From: Octopus bimaculoides
Taxonomy: Eukaryota
Assembly: GCF_001194135.2 (NCBI RefSeq)
Contig: NC_068983.1
Coordinates: 20,306,394-20,370,393, forward strand
Direction: 5' to 3'
DNA: 64,000 bases
Positions 46,448 to 58,825 of this stretch are shown here, one piece after another. The translations under genes were made by a program, and so were the position numbers. The notes beneath the pieces are model-generated. The model was not told the origin of the DNA. It did no database searches and worked only from the letters and a program-made list of their open reading frames with translations. Position 1 is the first letter of the stretch. Each line of letters opens with the position of its first letter.

Positions 46448-48200
46448 NNNNNNNNNNNNNNNNNNNNNNNNNNNNNNNNNNNNNNNNNNNNNNNNNNNNN
46501 NNNNNNNNNNNNNNNNNNNNNNNNNNNNNNNNNNNNNNNNNNNNNNNNNNNNNNNNNNNNNNNNNNNNNNNNNNNNNNNNNNNNNNNNNNNNNNNNNNNN
46601 NNCGTACGTATCTTCGTACATACATATACAAACATGCACGTATGAAAGCATACAGATTTTTGCGCGCATGTGTGTGTGTGCTTCTGCCTGTTTGTTTTTG
46701 AGTATACACATTTATAAACCATCTAAATATACATTTGTTTCTGTTTATATACATTCATGTATGCACGCGCTTGTGTGATTGGAGAGAGAGAGAGAGAGAG
46801 AGAACACCAAATGGAAAAGAAATATAGGGAGACAGAAAAATATATACGAAGGAGAAGGAGGAGAAGAAAGAGGGAGCTAAAGGGTTGGAGAGATAGTGAG
46901 AGGAGCGTGTATAGAGCGACGTTAACTGAAAACGACCGATCCCCTGGGATCAGTAGCCAAATACCTCTCAAATTATAATCTTGAATCGTAAGAAAAAAGT
47001 GGTAGACCCCCGTCGGATAGTGTAACGTTGTCCTGTGTACGTTGTTGTTGGTAAACAGAAGTGACGGTCACGGTTGGGTTGCGTTTCATCTGTCTAATCA
47101 TCGATGAAGTAAACAAAGACTACGAAGGCGATGATACGATGGAGCTTCTAGAAATAGCAGCCAAATGTCGGTCATGTCTTAGCCTAAACATCTTAAATAT
47201 AGAAATTATACTTAGTTCCACTTTATATCCTACACTGATAAATAAAGGCCCGGATGGTCTTGACTGGATACTTTCTGATCGTACGAATGCTCGGTCGGGA
47301 TTGACTTGCGGCTAAATAACCACAAAGACTAAGTTAATATTTGATGAACCTCGATACGAATGAAGTGAAGTAGCGCTTGTTAATTCGAAAGACAGGTAAA
47401 CAAACGTATAAAGATTTGGCACAAACTAAATGGATCTGCAAGCAGACAAGATAGAAAACAATTTTGGACATGTATAGATTCTTCAGGTATATCATTAGCT
47501 GTGTCTGTGTATTGATTCCACTGACAGACAAGAATGACATAGACAGAGATAGATAAGCAGGTAGGTTTGGAGTAAGTACGTAGATAGATTGATAAATAGG
47601 CATAGATTGATGGATAGACAGGCAGGTAGACAGACCCTGATAGATACAGTTAAACATACAGATAGATTGAGAGACAGACAGCCAAACAGATAGACAGATA
47701 CATACATACATACATAGATACATACAGATAGACAAACAGACAGAGGCCAAGTAGATAGAGAGATGGTCAAAGAATACAGTGGAGTAAGGTGATGAGAGAC
47801 AGACTGATAGACAGAAAGTTATACAGATACACAAAATAATTCTGTCGTTAGGTCGGTAAATAATAGATCGATAGACAGACAGACGACAGAAAAGAAAAAA
47901 AAAAGCAGACAGAGAGACAGACAGACAGAATGATAGGCATTCACAGAAGACAGATCAGAAGAGAAAAAAGTGGATGAATAGATAAAGAGTGTGTGAGAAA
48001 GAAGTAAGAAGAGACAAAAGTAGAGAAATAAAATAATAGACAGACGAAAATATATTATAGGTTGATTGACAGATGTCTGGATAAACTTAAATGGATAAAT
48101 GGATATATTATTTCTAATGTGTAAAAAAAGGAAACCTGTAAACATATGTACAGGTGTACAAATTTAGTGTTTATATATTGAATCTTGCGACAAAAATAAT
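42540..48200. repeat. Large low-complexity field (GA-rich, TG-rich, TA/CA-rich)
   Basis: Degenerate (GA)n at 44440-44700, (TA/CA)n at 45440-46800, AGAC/AGAT repeats at 47500-48050. Confidence 0.8.
47140..47325 (+). repeat. Diverged repeat family E (copies also at about 43225-43340 + and 58215-58395 -)
   Basis: Shared CTAGAAATAGCAGCCAAAT and GATGGTC..GACTGGA.TAC.TT.GATCGT motifs across copies. Confidence 0.5.
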
Positions 48201-48428
48201 CTATATAAATCGATTCGCGTAGCCGAATACGCACACGCACACACACATACACACACACACACACACACATAATGGACTCGCATATGCGAATATGCGCATG
48301 CACTTCATTATATGTTTGTACGTCAGATGTGTGGCTGTGTGTACATATGTATCAGATATGTGTGCGTGTTCATATACGTTATATATCAGATATATGTATG
48401 GACAAATATTTGTGTGTATATATATATG

Positions 48429-48460
<32 letters not shown>

Positions 48461-48560
48461 NNNNNNNNNNNNNNNNNNNNNNNNNNNNNNNNNNNNNNNN
48501 NNNNNNNNNNNNNNNNNNNNNNNNNNNNNNNNNNNNNNNNNNNNNNNNNNNNNNNNNNNN

Positions 48561-48652
48561 AAGACACTTGCCCAAGCTGCCACGCAGTGGGACTGAACCC
48601 GGAACCATGTAGCTAGGAAGCAGGCTTCTTACCGCACAGTCACTCCTGCGCA
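48561..48652 (-). mobile_element. SINE family B head (rest in gap or microsatellite)
   Basis: AAGACACTTGCCCAAGCTGCCACGCAGTGGGACTGAACCCGGAACC...CACTCCTGCGC. Confidence 0.85.
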
Positions 48653-48811
48653 TGTGTGTATATATGTATATATGTGTATATATATATGTTTGCGTGTTGG
48701 CGCCTATATGTATAAGCATGATCATTTTTGTGTGAGTGTGTGCATGAAAAACGGATTGAGCGAAACAAATAGTCTAATTCGCACGGCACTAAACATACAC
48801 GCACGTAGATA

Positions 48812-48845
<34 letters not shown>

Positions 48846-48855
48846 NNNNNNNNNN

Positions 48856-48907
<52 letters not shown>

Positions 48908-49431
48908 ATATGCGCCTGGACTTACACATATACAGTATGTGTGTGTCAGTGTGTGCGTGTGTACGTGAGCACGTCTGTATTTATGTATGAGTGATACGGG
49001 TTAAACGAGATGGAGTGGAAGTAAAAAATATAGACAGACAACGTCCCACAACATAAACGATGTGGTGACAGGCAAGCAATTTGGAAGTTGAAGGAATGGA
49101 ATGATATATTGACAGTCGGTAGACAACAAGATATTCCAGTAAAAACTAAAATAGTAGTCAGAGAAAGTCAAACTAAGCGAACAACTTGAATGCGGTAAAA
49201 TATGTAACAATTTGGCAGATATACAAACAGGCTGTTTGAAAGGTTTAAGCAGATTTATAGAAACAGCACGAAAGATCCTTAATGGGCTGTCTGTTATTTA
49301 TCTATTTATTATCTTATCTTTTACGTATCTGTTACTGGCTTCGGTCATTTGATAGCGGTCATGCTGGGGCACTGCCTTGAACTGTTTAGTCGTACAGATC
49401 GTCCTCGATATTTGTGGTTATCATTATTGAG

Positions 49432-49768
49432 GGCGGCGAGCTGGCAAAAACGTTAGCACTCCGGGCGAAATGCTTAGCAGTATTTTGACTGCCGTTACGT
49501 TCTGAGTTGAAGTTCTGCCGAAGTCGACTTTGCCTTTCATCCTTTCGTGGTCGATAAATTTAGTACCAGTTACGCACTGGAGTCGATGTAATCGACTTTA
49601 ATCCCTTTGTCTGTCCTTGTTTGTCCCCTCTATGTTTAGCCCCCTGCGGGCAATAAAGAAATAAGAATCATTAGCACACCGGACTAGATGCTTAGCGGTA
49701 TTTCGCTCGTTGCTACGTTCTGAGATCAAATCCTGCTGAGGCCGACTTCATCTTTTAACCTTTCGAGG
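49432..49768 (+). mobile_element. SINE-A dimer (long-tail monomer + headless monomer)
   Basis: Tail GTCCCCTCTATGTTTAGCCCCCTGCGGGCAATAAAGAAATAA, then GAATCATTAGCACACCGG. Confidence 0.88.
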
Positions 49769-50032
49769 NNNNNNNNNNNNNNNNNNNNNNNNNNNNNNNN
49801 NNNNNNNNNNNNNNNNNNNNNNNNNNNNNNNNNNNNNNNNNNNNNNNNNNNNNNNNNNNNNNNNNNNNNNNNNNNNNNNNNNNNNNNNNNNNNNNNNNNN
49901 NNNNNNNNNNNNNNNNNNNNNNNNNNNNNNNNNNNNNNNNNNNNNNNNNNNNNNNNNNNNNNNNNNNNNNNNNNNNNNNNNNNNNNNNNNNNNNNNNNNN
50001 NNNNNNNNNNNNNNNNNNNNNNNNNNNNNNNN

Positions 50033-50335
50033 GTACCAGTGAAACATTGAGGTTGATGTAATCGACTAGTCCGCCCACCAAAATTTCATTAGAAAGAATT
50101 ATTATTATTATTATTATTATTGAGCTGGCAGAATCGTTAGCATGCCGGACTAGGTGCTTACGGCATTTCGTCTATTATTACGTTTTAGGTTCAAATTCCG
50201 ATGAGATCCATTTTACCTTTCAGCCCTTCGGGTTCGATAAAATAAGTACCAGTTGAGCACTACTGGGGTCGATGTAATCGACTTTACCCTGCTCTCTCGA
50301 AATCGCTGGCCTTGAGCCAAAATTTGAAGTCATTA
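50033..50335 (+). mobile_element. SINE-A 3' end plus a further SINE-A copy
   Basis: Tail 50033-50120 with (ATT)n, then GAGCTGGCAGAATCGTTAGC...CCAAAATTTGAA. Confidence 0.85.
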
Positions 50336-50845
50336 TTTTTTTTTTTTTTGCTTTTGTTTTGAAGTCCGGTAATCATTCTATCGATAACTGTTATCGAACC
50401 ACTAAATTACAGGCGTGCAAACAAACCAACACCGGTAGTTAAACGACGGTCAGGGACAAGCAAAAAAAAAAAACGCATACATTTATTCATCATATACGAA
50501 AGGATTCCACACAGGTCTGTGTACCAAATTGAATCGCAAGGGATGGCTCAGTCCGGGCCTATAGTAGGAGAAGAATTACACAAGGTCTTGTGCAGTGGGG
50601 ATGAACCCGAAACCGCGCGGTTGTGAATTTTTTTTTTTCTTTAGCTTGTACTAGATTTGTTGGTTTCAGTCATACGACCGCTGCCATGCTGGAGTGTTTG
50701 ATCTCTAAGTTTGAGTAGGTCATAACGATTCCGAATACTTATAACAACTTCGTGGAGGCTAAGTCAAGAGTCACAAACGTGTTCACAGTGCATATAGATC
50801 CGCAGGCATGCACACACAAACCAGTGCGTGTAGAATTTATATGTG

Positions 50846-50877
<32 letters not shown>

Positions 50878-51009
50878 TGCATATTGTGCGTTTGTGTGTG
50901 TGTATTGTGCGTGTGTGTGCGTATTGTAAGTATATGTTTGTATTGTGTATATATGTGCACGTATGTGTGTATTATGTGTATATATATGTGTGTGTATTAT
51001 GTGTGTAGT

Positions 51010-51380
51010 GGAGGCGCAATGGCCCAGTGGTGAGGGCAGCGGACTCGCCGTCATGGGATCTCGGTTTCGATTCCCAGACCGGGCATTGTGAGTGTTTATT
51101 GAGCGAAAACACCTAAAGTCCCACGAGGCTCCGGCAGGGGATGGTGGCGAACCCTGCTGTACTCTTTCACCACAACTTTCTCTCACTCTTACTTCATGTT
51201 TCTGTTGTGCCTGTAATTCAAAAGGGTCAGCCTTGTCACACTGTGTCACGTTGAATATCCCCGAGAACTACGTCAAGGGTACACGTGTCTGTGGAGTGCT
51301 CAGCCACTTGCACGTTAATTTCACGAGCAGGCTGTTCCGTCAACTGGAACCCTCGACGTCGTAAGCGACGGAGTGCCAAC
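51010..51380 (+). mobile_element. SINE family C, full-length reference copy
   Basis: GGAGGCGCAATGGCCCAGTGG (A box)...GGTTTCGATTCCC (B box)...GACGGAGTGCCAAC; candidate TSD ATTATGTGTGTA at 50996-51007 and 51384-51395. Confidence 0.93.
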
Positions 51381-51414
51381 GACATTATGTGTGTATTATG
51401 TGTATATGTGCGTG

Positions 51415-51447
<33 letters not shown>

Positions 51448-51611
51448 ATTATGCGTGTATATAATATATATATAATGTGCCGTGTTAATATATATGTGTG
51501 TGTGTGTATTATGTGTATATATATGTGTGTGCTATGTGTATATGCATATGTGTGTGTACGTATGTATATGAATGTCCGTATGTATATAAAGAGAAGCACA
51601 CGCGCTCGTGA

Positions 51612-51890
51612 AATCGCGTGACCTTGTGGTTAGGGTGTTGCACTCAACGATCGCAAAATCGTGGATTCGACTCCCAGATTGGTGGTGTAAAGCAGTGTGT
51701 AAACCCAACGACGGACTGGCTTTCCGGTGTGCGACGATTCTGGCTTGCCCGCCTAGCCAGGAAGGTAACACCATTCGTGAGCAACAACAATGCTGGAAGT
51801 GTATTGTGACCAGCTGTGTATAACATAGCCCGATAGTCTGGATGTTAGAGTGATACAGTGATGGATGTATGTATGTATGTATGTATGTAT
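51612..51890 (+). mobile_element. SINE family G, diverged, (ATGT)n tail
   Basis: GTGGTTAGGGTGTTGCACTCAACGATCGCAA..GGATTCGACTCCC head; tail homologous to 27926-28196. Confidence 0.65.
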
Positions 51891-51894
51891 GTCG

Positions 51895-52330
51895 AAGTTG
51901 AGTTTCAGTATCTTCTTTGGCTGCTAAATGGAACGAGTTTGACATGGACCTCAAAACAATTCCTTCAAAGTCTCTCTTTATGGAATCAGAACAAGTTTTG
52001 CGTTTGGTACCTAGGTTGCGTATGCACGTCACATGTTCGTGTAAAGCTAGAAAGAAATTGTGGATCGTGTCATCTGCATAAGAGTGGACGTTTTGGGATG
52101 TGAGGGTAAGAAGGTTCATTGATTTATAGAAGGAAGAGAGTGGAAAAGAAAACCGAACTTTGGAGAACACTAAGATTGATTGGAAATGGATCAAAGAGAA
52201 ATTTGTCAATCCATGCTGCGGTGTCATCATCGGGTAGGCGGAAGTTACCTACGCAAGAGATGAGACATGCGTAGATTTGTAGGCGAGACGTTTTGACGGC
52301 CAATTTGTATGCTAGATAGTTTCGAGGGTT
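51895..52330 (-). mobile_element. Decayed RT fragment of a CR1/L2/Jockey-group LINE
   Basis: Minus strand AWIDKFL..INLSVLQSSVFFSTLFLL/NLLTLTSQNVHSYADDT, equivalent to GVPQGS..LF..INDL..YADD. Confidence 0.75.
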
Positions 52331-52346
52331 TTGTAATAAGTGTGTA

Positions 52347-52682
52347 TAAGGGTAAAGAACCCCTTCGTTCCCGAATGTCCATGAGACTGCACCTAAAAAG
52401 GAACCCTGCGAGGCACAAGTCTGGGCAAGATTGTTTGTAGAAGATCAGTAGCCGCCAATGTGTATCAGTCTCCCCTCACCATGTTTACCGATGTTATCAA
52501 AAGGAAGGGCAAAGGCCGATTCAGCCCGGCACCAGTGACGCCGAACTTATTTCTAGAGCGGAGTGAACTGGAACAACGTGAAATAAAGTGTCTTGCTCAA
52601 GAGCACAACACACACAGCCCGGTCTGGGAAACCGAATTCACTACCTCATGATTGTGAGCCTGACTCTCAAACCACTGGGCCG
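52347..52682 (-). mobile_element. SINE family D
   Basis: GTGAACTGGAACAACGTGAAATAAAGTGTCTTGCTCAAGAGCACAACAC; tail matches 15590-15660. Confidence 0.8.
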
Positions 52683-52773
52683 TAGGGTAACAACATTTCG
52701 GCGAAACTAAGTGACTTAAAAATGGACCTTGGTCCGCGAAGGCCACATTGGTGGGCGGTTACTGTGTGTACGA

Positions 52774-52822
<49 letters not shown>

Positions 52823-53197
52823 CTCTCACTCTCTCTCTCACTCTCTCTCTCTCTCTCTCACGCACACATATATTGAGCAAAATAATGTTTAACTAATGAG
52901 TAAACAGAAAAGAGCAAAGTATCCTAACTACCTCCGTTCGGTAGCATTAAGGATTTATAACTATGTTACGACTTCAATCTCCCTCTCTCTCTCTCTATCT
53001 CTCTCTCTCTCTCTCCCACACACACTCATACACACACACACACGCGCATGCAAGAGAGAGAGAGAGAGAGTGCTAAGCTTAATGGCGTAGAAGCTTGAGG
53101 AGAAGGGACATATGTTGACATTAGAATGGCACACGTTAGTATCTGGCAGCAAAACAGATAATACAGAGACAAGGATAAAACAAGTGGAAAGTCGAAA

Positions 53198-53232
<35 letters not shown>

Positions 53233-53312
53233 AAATAAATTCAATATATTCTATAGAAGAAATTTGCGATAAATAACACCGAAGATTTCCGTTGGCTTTA
53301 GCGATGAATAAG

Positions 53313-53690
53313 TGCAGACGTGTCTGAGTGGTAAGAAGTGTGCTTCCCAACTACATAACTCCGGGTTCAGTCACTTGGGCAAGTGTCTTCTACAATAGTC
53401 TCGGGCCAACCAGAGCCTTGTGAGTGGATTTGGTTGACGGAAACTGAAAGAATCACGTCGTATGTGTGTGTGTGTGTTCGTGCCCCACTATCGCTTGAAA
53501 ATCGTTGCTGGTGTGTTTACTTCCCCGTAACTTAGAGGTTCGGCACAAGATCCGATAGAATAAGTAAGTACCAGGCTTTAAAAAGTAAGTATTAGGATCG
53601 ATATATTGGACTAAAAATTATTCACAGTGGTGCCCCAGCATGGTCGCAGTCTAATGACTGAAACAGGTAAAAGATAAAAAATAAAAGATC
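53313..53690 (+). mobile_element. SINE family B
   Basis: Head GAGTGGTAAGAAG..TTCCCAAC; CTTGGGCAAGTGTCTTC; internal (TG)n; tail ATGACTGAAACAGGTAAAAG. Confidence 0.85.
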
Positions 53691-53836
53691 GTCTCTAAGA
53701 ATCTTCGGTGCTTTTTATCGTAAATTTCTTATAATTTGTCTGAGAGTTAATGGACCTTCCGTCTGTTTTAACGACGAGTATTGTAATCGTTTCTAGCATC
53801 ACATAGAAAGATAATGTAAGTGCTATTATAGCCTAA

Positions 53837-54240
53837 GGCGGCGAGCAAGCAGAAACGTTAGTACGCTGGGCGAAATGCTTAGCGGTATTTCGTCTGCCGT
53901 TACGTTCTGAGTTCAAATTCCGCCGAGGTCGACTTTGCCTTTCATCCTTTCGGGGTCGATAAATTAAGTACCAGTTATGCACTGGGGTAGATCTAATCGA
54001 CTAATCCCTTGTTTGTCCCGTTTGTGTTTAGCCCCTTGTGGGCAGTAAAGAAATAAGAAACGTTAGCACGTTGGGTGAAATGCTAAGCGGTATTTCGTCT
54101 GTTTTTATGTTTTGAGTTCAAATTCCGCCGAGGCCAACTTCGCGTTTCATCACTCAACAGTTGCGTATTGGGGTCGATCTAATCGACTGGCCCCCTCCCA
54201 CAAAATTTCGGGCCTTGTGCCTAGAGTAGAAAAGGATATT
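53837..54240 (+). mobile_element. SINE-A dimer (long-tail monomer + headless short-tail monomer)
   Basis: Junction GCAGTAAAGAAATAA|GAAACGTTAGCACG at about 54056; the second monomer ends CCTTGTGCCTAGAGTAGAAAAGG. Confidence 0.9.
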
Positions 54241-54351
54241 ATATTCTTAATGTTACTCTCAGAGTAATACAATATAGAGAGTGTAAGGTCGTGTGTATCA
54301 CAGGAATCGTTCTTTGATCATTTGTTTAGACAAGGACACATCTATTTAGTG

Positions 54352-54929
54352 TCACTCGTGGCTGTGTGGTTAGAAGTTTGCTTACCAATCACATGGTTCT
54401 AGGTTCATTCCTATTGCGTGGCACCTTGGGCACATGAACTCTCAAAATCCACATCCATTCCCAAAATCTTGGGAGTGGATGTGGATTTGGTCGATGGAAA
54501 GAACCCCGTCGTGTATACTTTTATTCTTGCATTCCTTTACTTGTTTCAGTCATGTGACCGCGGTCATGCTGGAGCACCGCCTTAAAGGGTGTTAGTTGAA
54601 GAAATCGACCTCAAGACTTATTCTTTGTAAACCTAGTACTTATTGTATCGGTCTCTTTTGTCGAACCATTAAGTTACGGGTTTATAAACATCAGCATCGG
54701 TTGTCAAGCCATGGCGAGGATGGGAGGGACAAACACAGACTCGCACACTCACGCATACATGACGGGCTTCATTCAGTTTCTGTCAACTAAATCCACTCAC
54801 AAGACTTTAGTCGAACCGAGGCTATAGTAGAAGACCCTTGTCGAAAGAGCCACACAGTGGGACTGAACCTGGAACCATATGGTTGGGAAGCAAGCTTCTT
54901 ACCACGTAACCACGCCTGCGCCTATATAT

Positions 54930-54986
<57 letters not shown>

Positions 54987-55150
54987 GTGTGTGTATCTTT
55001 GTACTTGACCGCCACCACCGCTTGGCAACCAGCGTTAGTGTGTTTACGTCCCCGCAAAAAGAGACCGATAGAATAAGTACCGAGCTTGGATGTAAGTACT
55101 GGGAATTCATTTGTTGTTGGACTAACATTCTACAGCATGGCTGTAGTCTA
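54352..55150. mobile_element. Nested SINE-B cluster: + head (54352-54510), full - copy (54519-54923), + tail (54990-55150)
   Basis: B-family motifs in both orientations; consistent with a minus copy inserted into the microsatellite region of a plus copy. Confidence 0.75.
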
Positions 55151-55244
55151 AGGGTTAGGTAGAGGAGAGAAAGAGAGAGAGAGAGAGAAAAAGAAAGAAT
55201 GGGGGAAATAGAAATTTTCTGAAGTTACCGCGCAAATCGATTAA

Positions 55245-55420
55245 ACACGGGAGGTCTTTATTTCGATATGCTCTTCATCAGACCACCATAGCTGCGCCCT
55301 ACACTACAGGACAAACATGCAGACAGGTAAACGCATTGACTGACAACTTGCAGTCAGGCAGACATACAAATTTAGATATTTTGCAGATAATTGGAATTAA
55401 GTGCTATTGCACCAAGGCCA
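55245..55420 (-). mobile_element. Penelope-like terminal remnant with a decayed hammerhead core
   Basis: Minus strand GGTGGT-CTGATGA-AGAGCATATC-GAAA-TAAAGACC. Confidence 0.4.
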
Positions 55421-56074
55421 ATTAGCTGTGTAGTTTGTTGGCAAGCACAAATAAAGGTGGACAGACTGACTGACGGGAGATAGAAGAACAGAAAGGAAAA
55501 CGAGGACAAGCGAATATGCACACACACGAATAGATAGATAGATAGATAGATAGATAGATCGGTGAAGGAAGACAGAGAGAGAGAGAGGGGTGGAGGGAGA
55601 GAGAGATGAAGAGAATGAAGGAAGAAAGTGTATGGAGTATAACAGGTTTGACGGGAGATGTTTGATCGGAAAACAAAGGGGGTAAATTAACGGAACGACA
55701 ATAAAGATAAACAGGCATACAGTTGTGTATGCGTGTCTGTACTGCTAGTTATAATAATTAAAATCTAATTAAATTTTTTCCAGACATTAATTAGTGTTTC
55801 TTACAAAATGTGCATATCCGGTGTTTATAGTAATTATAGTAAAATTTAATTAAAATAATTTTAATATCTACTTGCATCAAGATTGTGTAGTTTACCAATA
55901 AATTTTGTACATATATTTGCATAACCATATTTTGAGTAATTTAGAGCAATATTGAGTACTCGTGTGGTAAAAGTTATTTGTATAAATGTGAAAAGTTCTT
56001 GTAATATACACGATACAACTAAAATATTTAACATCCCCTTTAATAAAAAGACGATCAATCGAGGAAAAATTATA

Positions 56075-56457
56075 GGCGCAGGAGTGGCTGTGTGGTAAGT
56101 AGCTTGCTTACCAACCACGTGGTTCCGGGATCAGTCCTACTGCGTGGCACGTTGGGCAAGTGTCTTCTACTATAGCCTCGGGCCGACCAAAGCCTTGTGA
56201 GTGGATTTGGTAGACGGAAACTGAAAAGAAGCCCGTCGTATATANNNNNNNNNNNNNNNNNNNNNNNNNNNNNNNNNNNNNNNNNNNNNNNNNNNNNNNN
56301 NNNNNNNNNNNNNNNNNNNNNCGCTTGACAACTGATGCTCGTCCCCGTAACGTAGCGGTTCGGCAAAAGAGAATGATAGAATGACTACCAGGCTTACAAA
56401 GAATAAGTCCTGGGGTCGATTTGCTCAAATGACTGAAACAAGTAAGAGTTAAAGAGT
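56075..56457 (+). mobile_element. SINE family B
   Basis: GGCGCAGGAGTGGCTGTGTGGTAAGTAGC head; the gap 56245-56321 lies at the internal microsatellite. Confidence 0.92.
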
Positions 56458-56884
56458 ATATATAATTAATTTATACGTACTTTTTATTCGGTTCTTAATG
56501 GTTCTAGCCAATGCCCGGGGGCCTCACAACTGTAGGAACCCCAATTAAGATCTATGTATGTTGTGGTTTGCTGACAATAAAAGGTCCAGGCAATTGAATT
56601 GCCAAAGGACCTGTAATGTTGCTAAGATGGACCAGGTTCTAGCACTTGTTAATTGCTTTATCATTGACTGTTACTGATTTGGGTTACTGTTTTTGCTCCC
56701 TTTTTTGTCCAATGGACCTTAAAACCATATGCATATATTTGCACACACACTCACATACATACATACATACATACATACATACATCATGAACGTCATTCGG
56801 CATCGAGGATGACTTGGTACTATGTTGATTGTTCATTGACACTCTTTGTATAAAAAAAACGAGAGAGGAGGAGGGGGGAGTGAA

Positions 56885-56917
<33 letters not shown>

Positions 56918-57290
56918 TAGACAGACTAAGACAGAAAGAGCTGTACCAGCACTTAGTTTGTACTTAATTCAGATTTTAAAATAACCAAGTTACTCAATAC
57001 ACCATCCGATCCCAAAATTGAACCCACGTTTTCATGACCGTAAGCCCAACAGATAGAAAAGGTAAGCTGCTGGAGGAATGACGAAAGTTTAGAGAACAAG
57101 TAATTAGATCTGCAGGTATGATGAGAGTGTACGTGTGTATACTCTGTGTTTTAATATGCTTCTGTATTGTTCGGTCAACCGTTTAGGCCATGGCGATATC
57201 ATAATTGAGACAAACCTGAAATAGAAAACATTCTAGCCGTGAGAGCTCAGTCATGTCTTTCAAACTCAGTGTTTCTAAGTATAACTCAGT

Positions 57291-57834
57291 TACTCTTTTA
57301 CTCTTTTACTTGTTTCAGTCATTTGACTGCGGCCATGCTGGAGCACCGCGTTTAGTCGAGCAAAATGACCCCAGGACTTATTCTTTGTAAGCCTAGTACT
57401 TATTCTATCGGTCTCTTTTTTGCCGAACCGCTAAGTTACGGGGACGTAAACACACTAGCATCGGTTGTCAAGCGATGTTGGACACACACACACACACACA
57501 NNNNNNNNNNNNNNNNNNNNNNNNNNNNNNNNNNNNNNNNNNNNNNNNNNNNNNNNNNNNNNNNNNNNNNNNNNNNNNNNNNNNNNNNNNNNNNNNNNNN
57601 NNNNNNNNNNNNNNNNNNNNNNNNNNNNNNNNNNNNNNNNNNNNNNNNNNNNNNNNNNNTATATATATACATATATACGACGGGCTTCTTTTAAGTTTCT
57701 GTCTACCAAATCCACCCACAAAGCTTTGGTCGGCCCGAGGCTATAATAGGAGACACTTGCCCAAGTTTCCACGCAGTGGGACTGAACCCGGAACCATGTG
57801 GTTAGTAAGCAAGCGACCTACCACACAGCCACTC
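57291..57834 (-). mobile_element. SINE family B
   Basis: Both halves intact; the gap 57501-57659 lies at the internal microsatellite. Confidence 0.92.
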
Positions 57835-58504
57835 TTTCTTATTTCATTTGCTTCTCTCTTTCTTTTTTTTTGTAAGCCTTTACCTGTCCAAAGCATTTTC
57901 ATAAGTTTGTCCTAAACCCGATGCTTGTTTTTAAACCTTTTGTTGGCCCTTGTATCATGCGTTCTGAGTAATATAAAGTTTTCTTTTCAAAAGTCCTAAA
58001 TTATTCTGTCGTTAAAAAGAAAAAGAGGAATGTGTATAATATCTCATGCATGAATACCATGGAAATATGTCCTGTGTATCAAGTGTAACACCTAGGACAT
58101 ACAAAGGGTTAAAATGCTACATGATTCGACAAGGTTTTATTTGATGCTTCTTGCACACCGAGCGACCGCGTGGAGTCCACGCACCTACGCCGTACACGTT
58201 TCTGCGTCAGCACGTTGGTTGAGCGTTGTTCTTGTTGGTTGAGCAGACCCACGATCAAAAGTATTCCAGTTGTGACCATCACTCCTTATTTTTTTTTTTT
58301 TACTTTTTTTACATTGTAAAATGTTTAAGAATGTAAGGTTGTGATTTTAGGGATTTGGCTACTATTGCTACTATGTCAAGGCATCAAGCAGAGGCGCCCT
58401 TGACTGCACTACCTATATGTGTACAGTACGTCTGTGTATATGGGTATGTATACATGTGTATGAAGAAAATATATGTATGTATATATGTGTGCGTTACTTC
58501 GTAA

Positions 58505-58794
58505 TTACGTCTTTCAATGGTTTTAGTTATTGGACTGCAGCCATACTGGGGCACCGCCTTGAAGGAATTTTTAGTTGAATCGACCCGCACTTGTTTTCTT
58601 TCTAAGTTTGGTACTTATTCTATCGGTTTCTTTGCCGAATTGCAAAATTACGAGGAAGTAAATACACCAACACAGATCGACAAGTAGTGGACAGGACAAA
58701 CACACACACACGCACAGAGAAACACACATACACACACACACACACACACACTCGCGCACACACAGAGAAACACACACAGATGTATATATTATAT

Positions 58795-58825
<31 letters not shown>

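Noticed and set aside
51010-51080. tRNA-like sequences at SINE heads
   Set aside because: A and B boxes are present but there is no complete cloverleaf, and each continues into a multicopy SINE body; not called as tRNA genes.
50950-51560. Regularly recurring ATTATGTGTGT motifs resembling an array
   Set aside because: Degenerate microsatellite; no constant repeat with unique spacers and no cas genes, so not CRISPR.
57930-58112. Possible second piggyBac MITE ending AAAGGGTTAA
   Set aside because: The left end matches only weakly; TIR pair not convincing.
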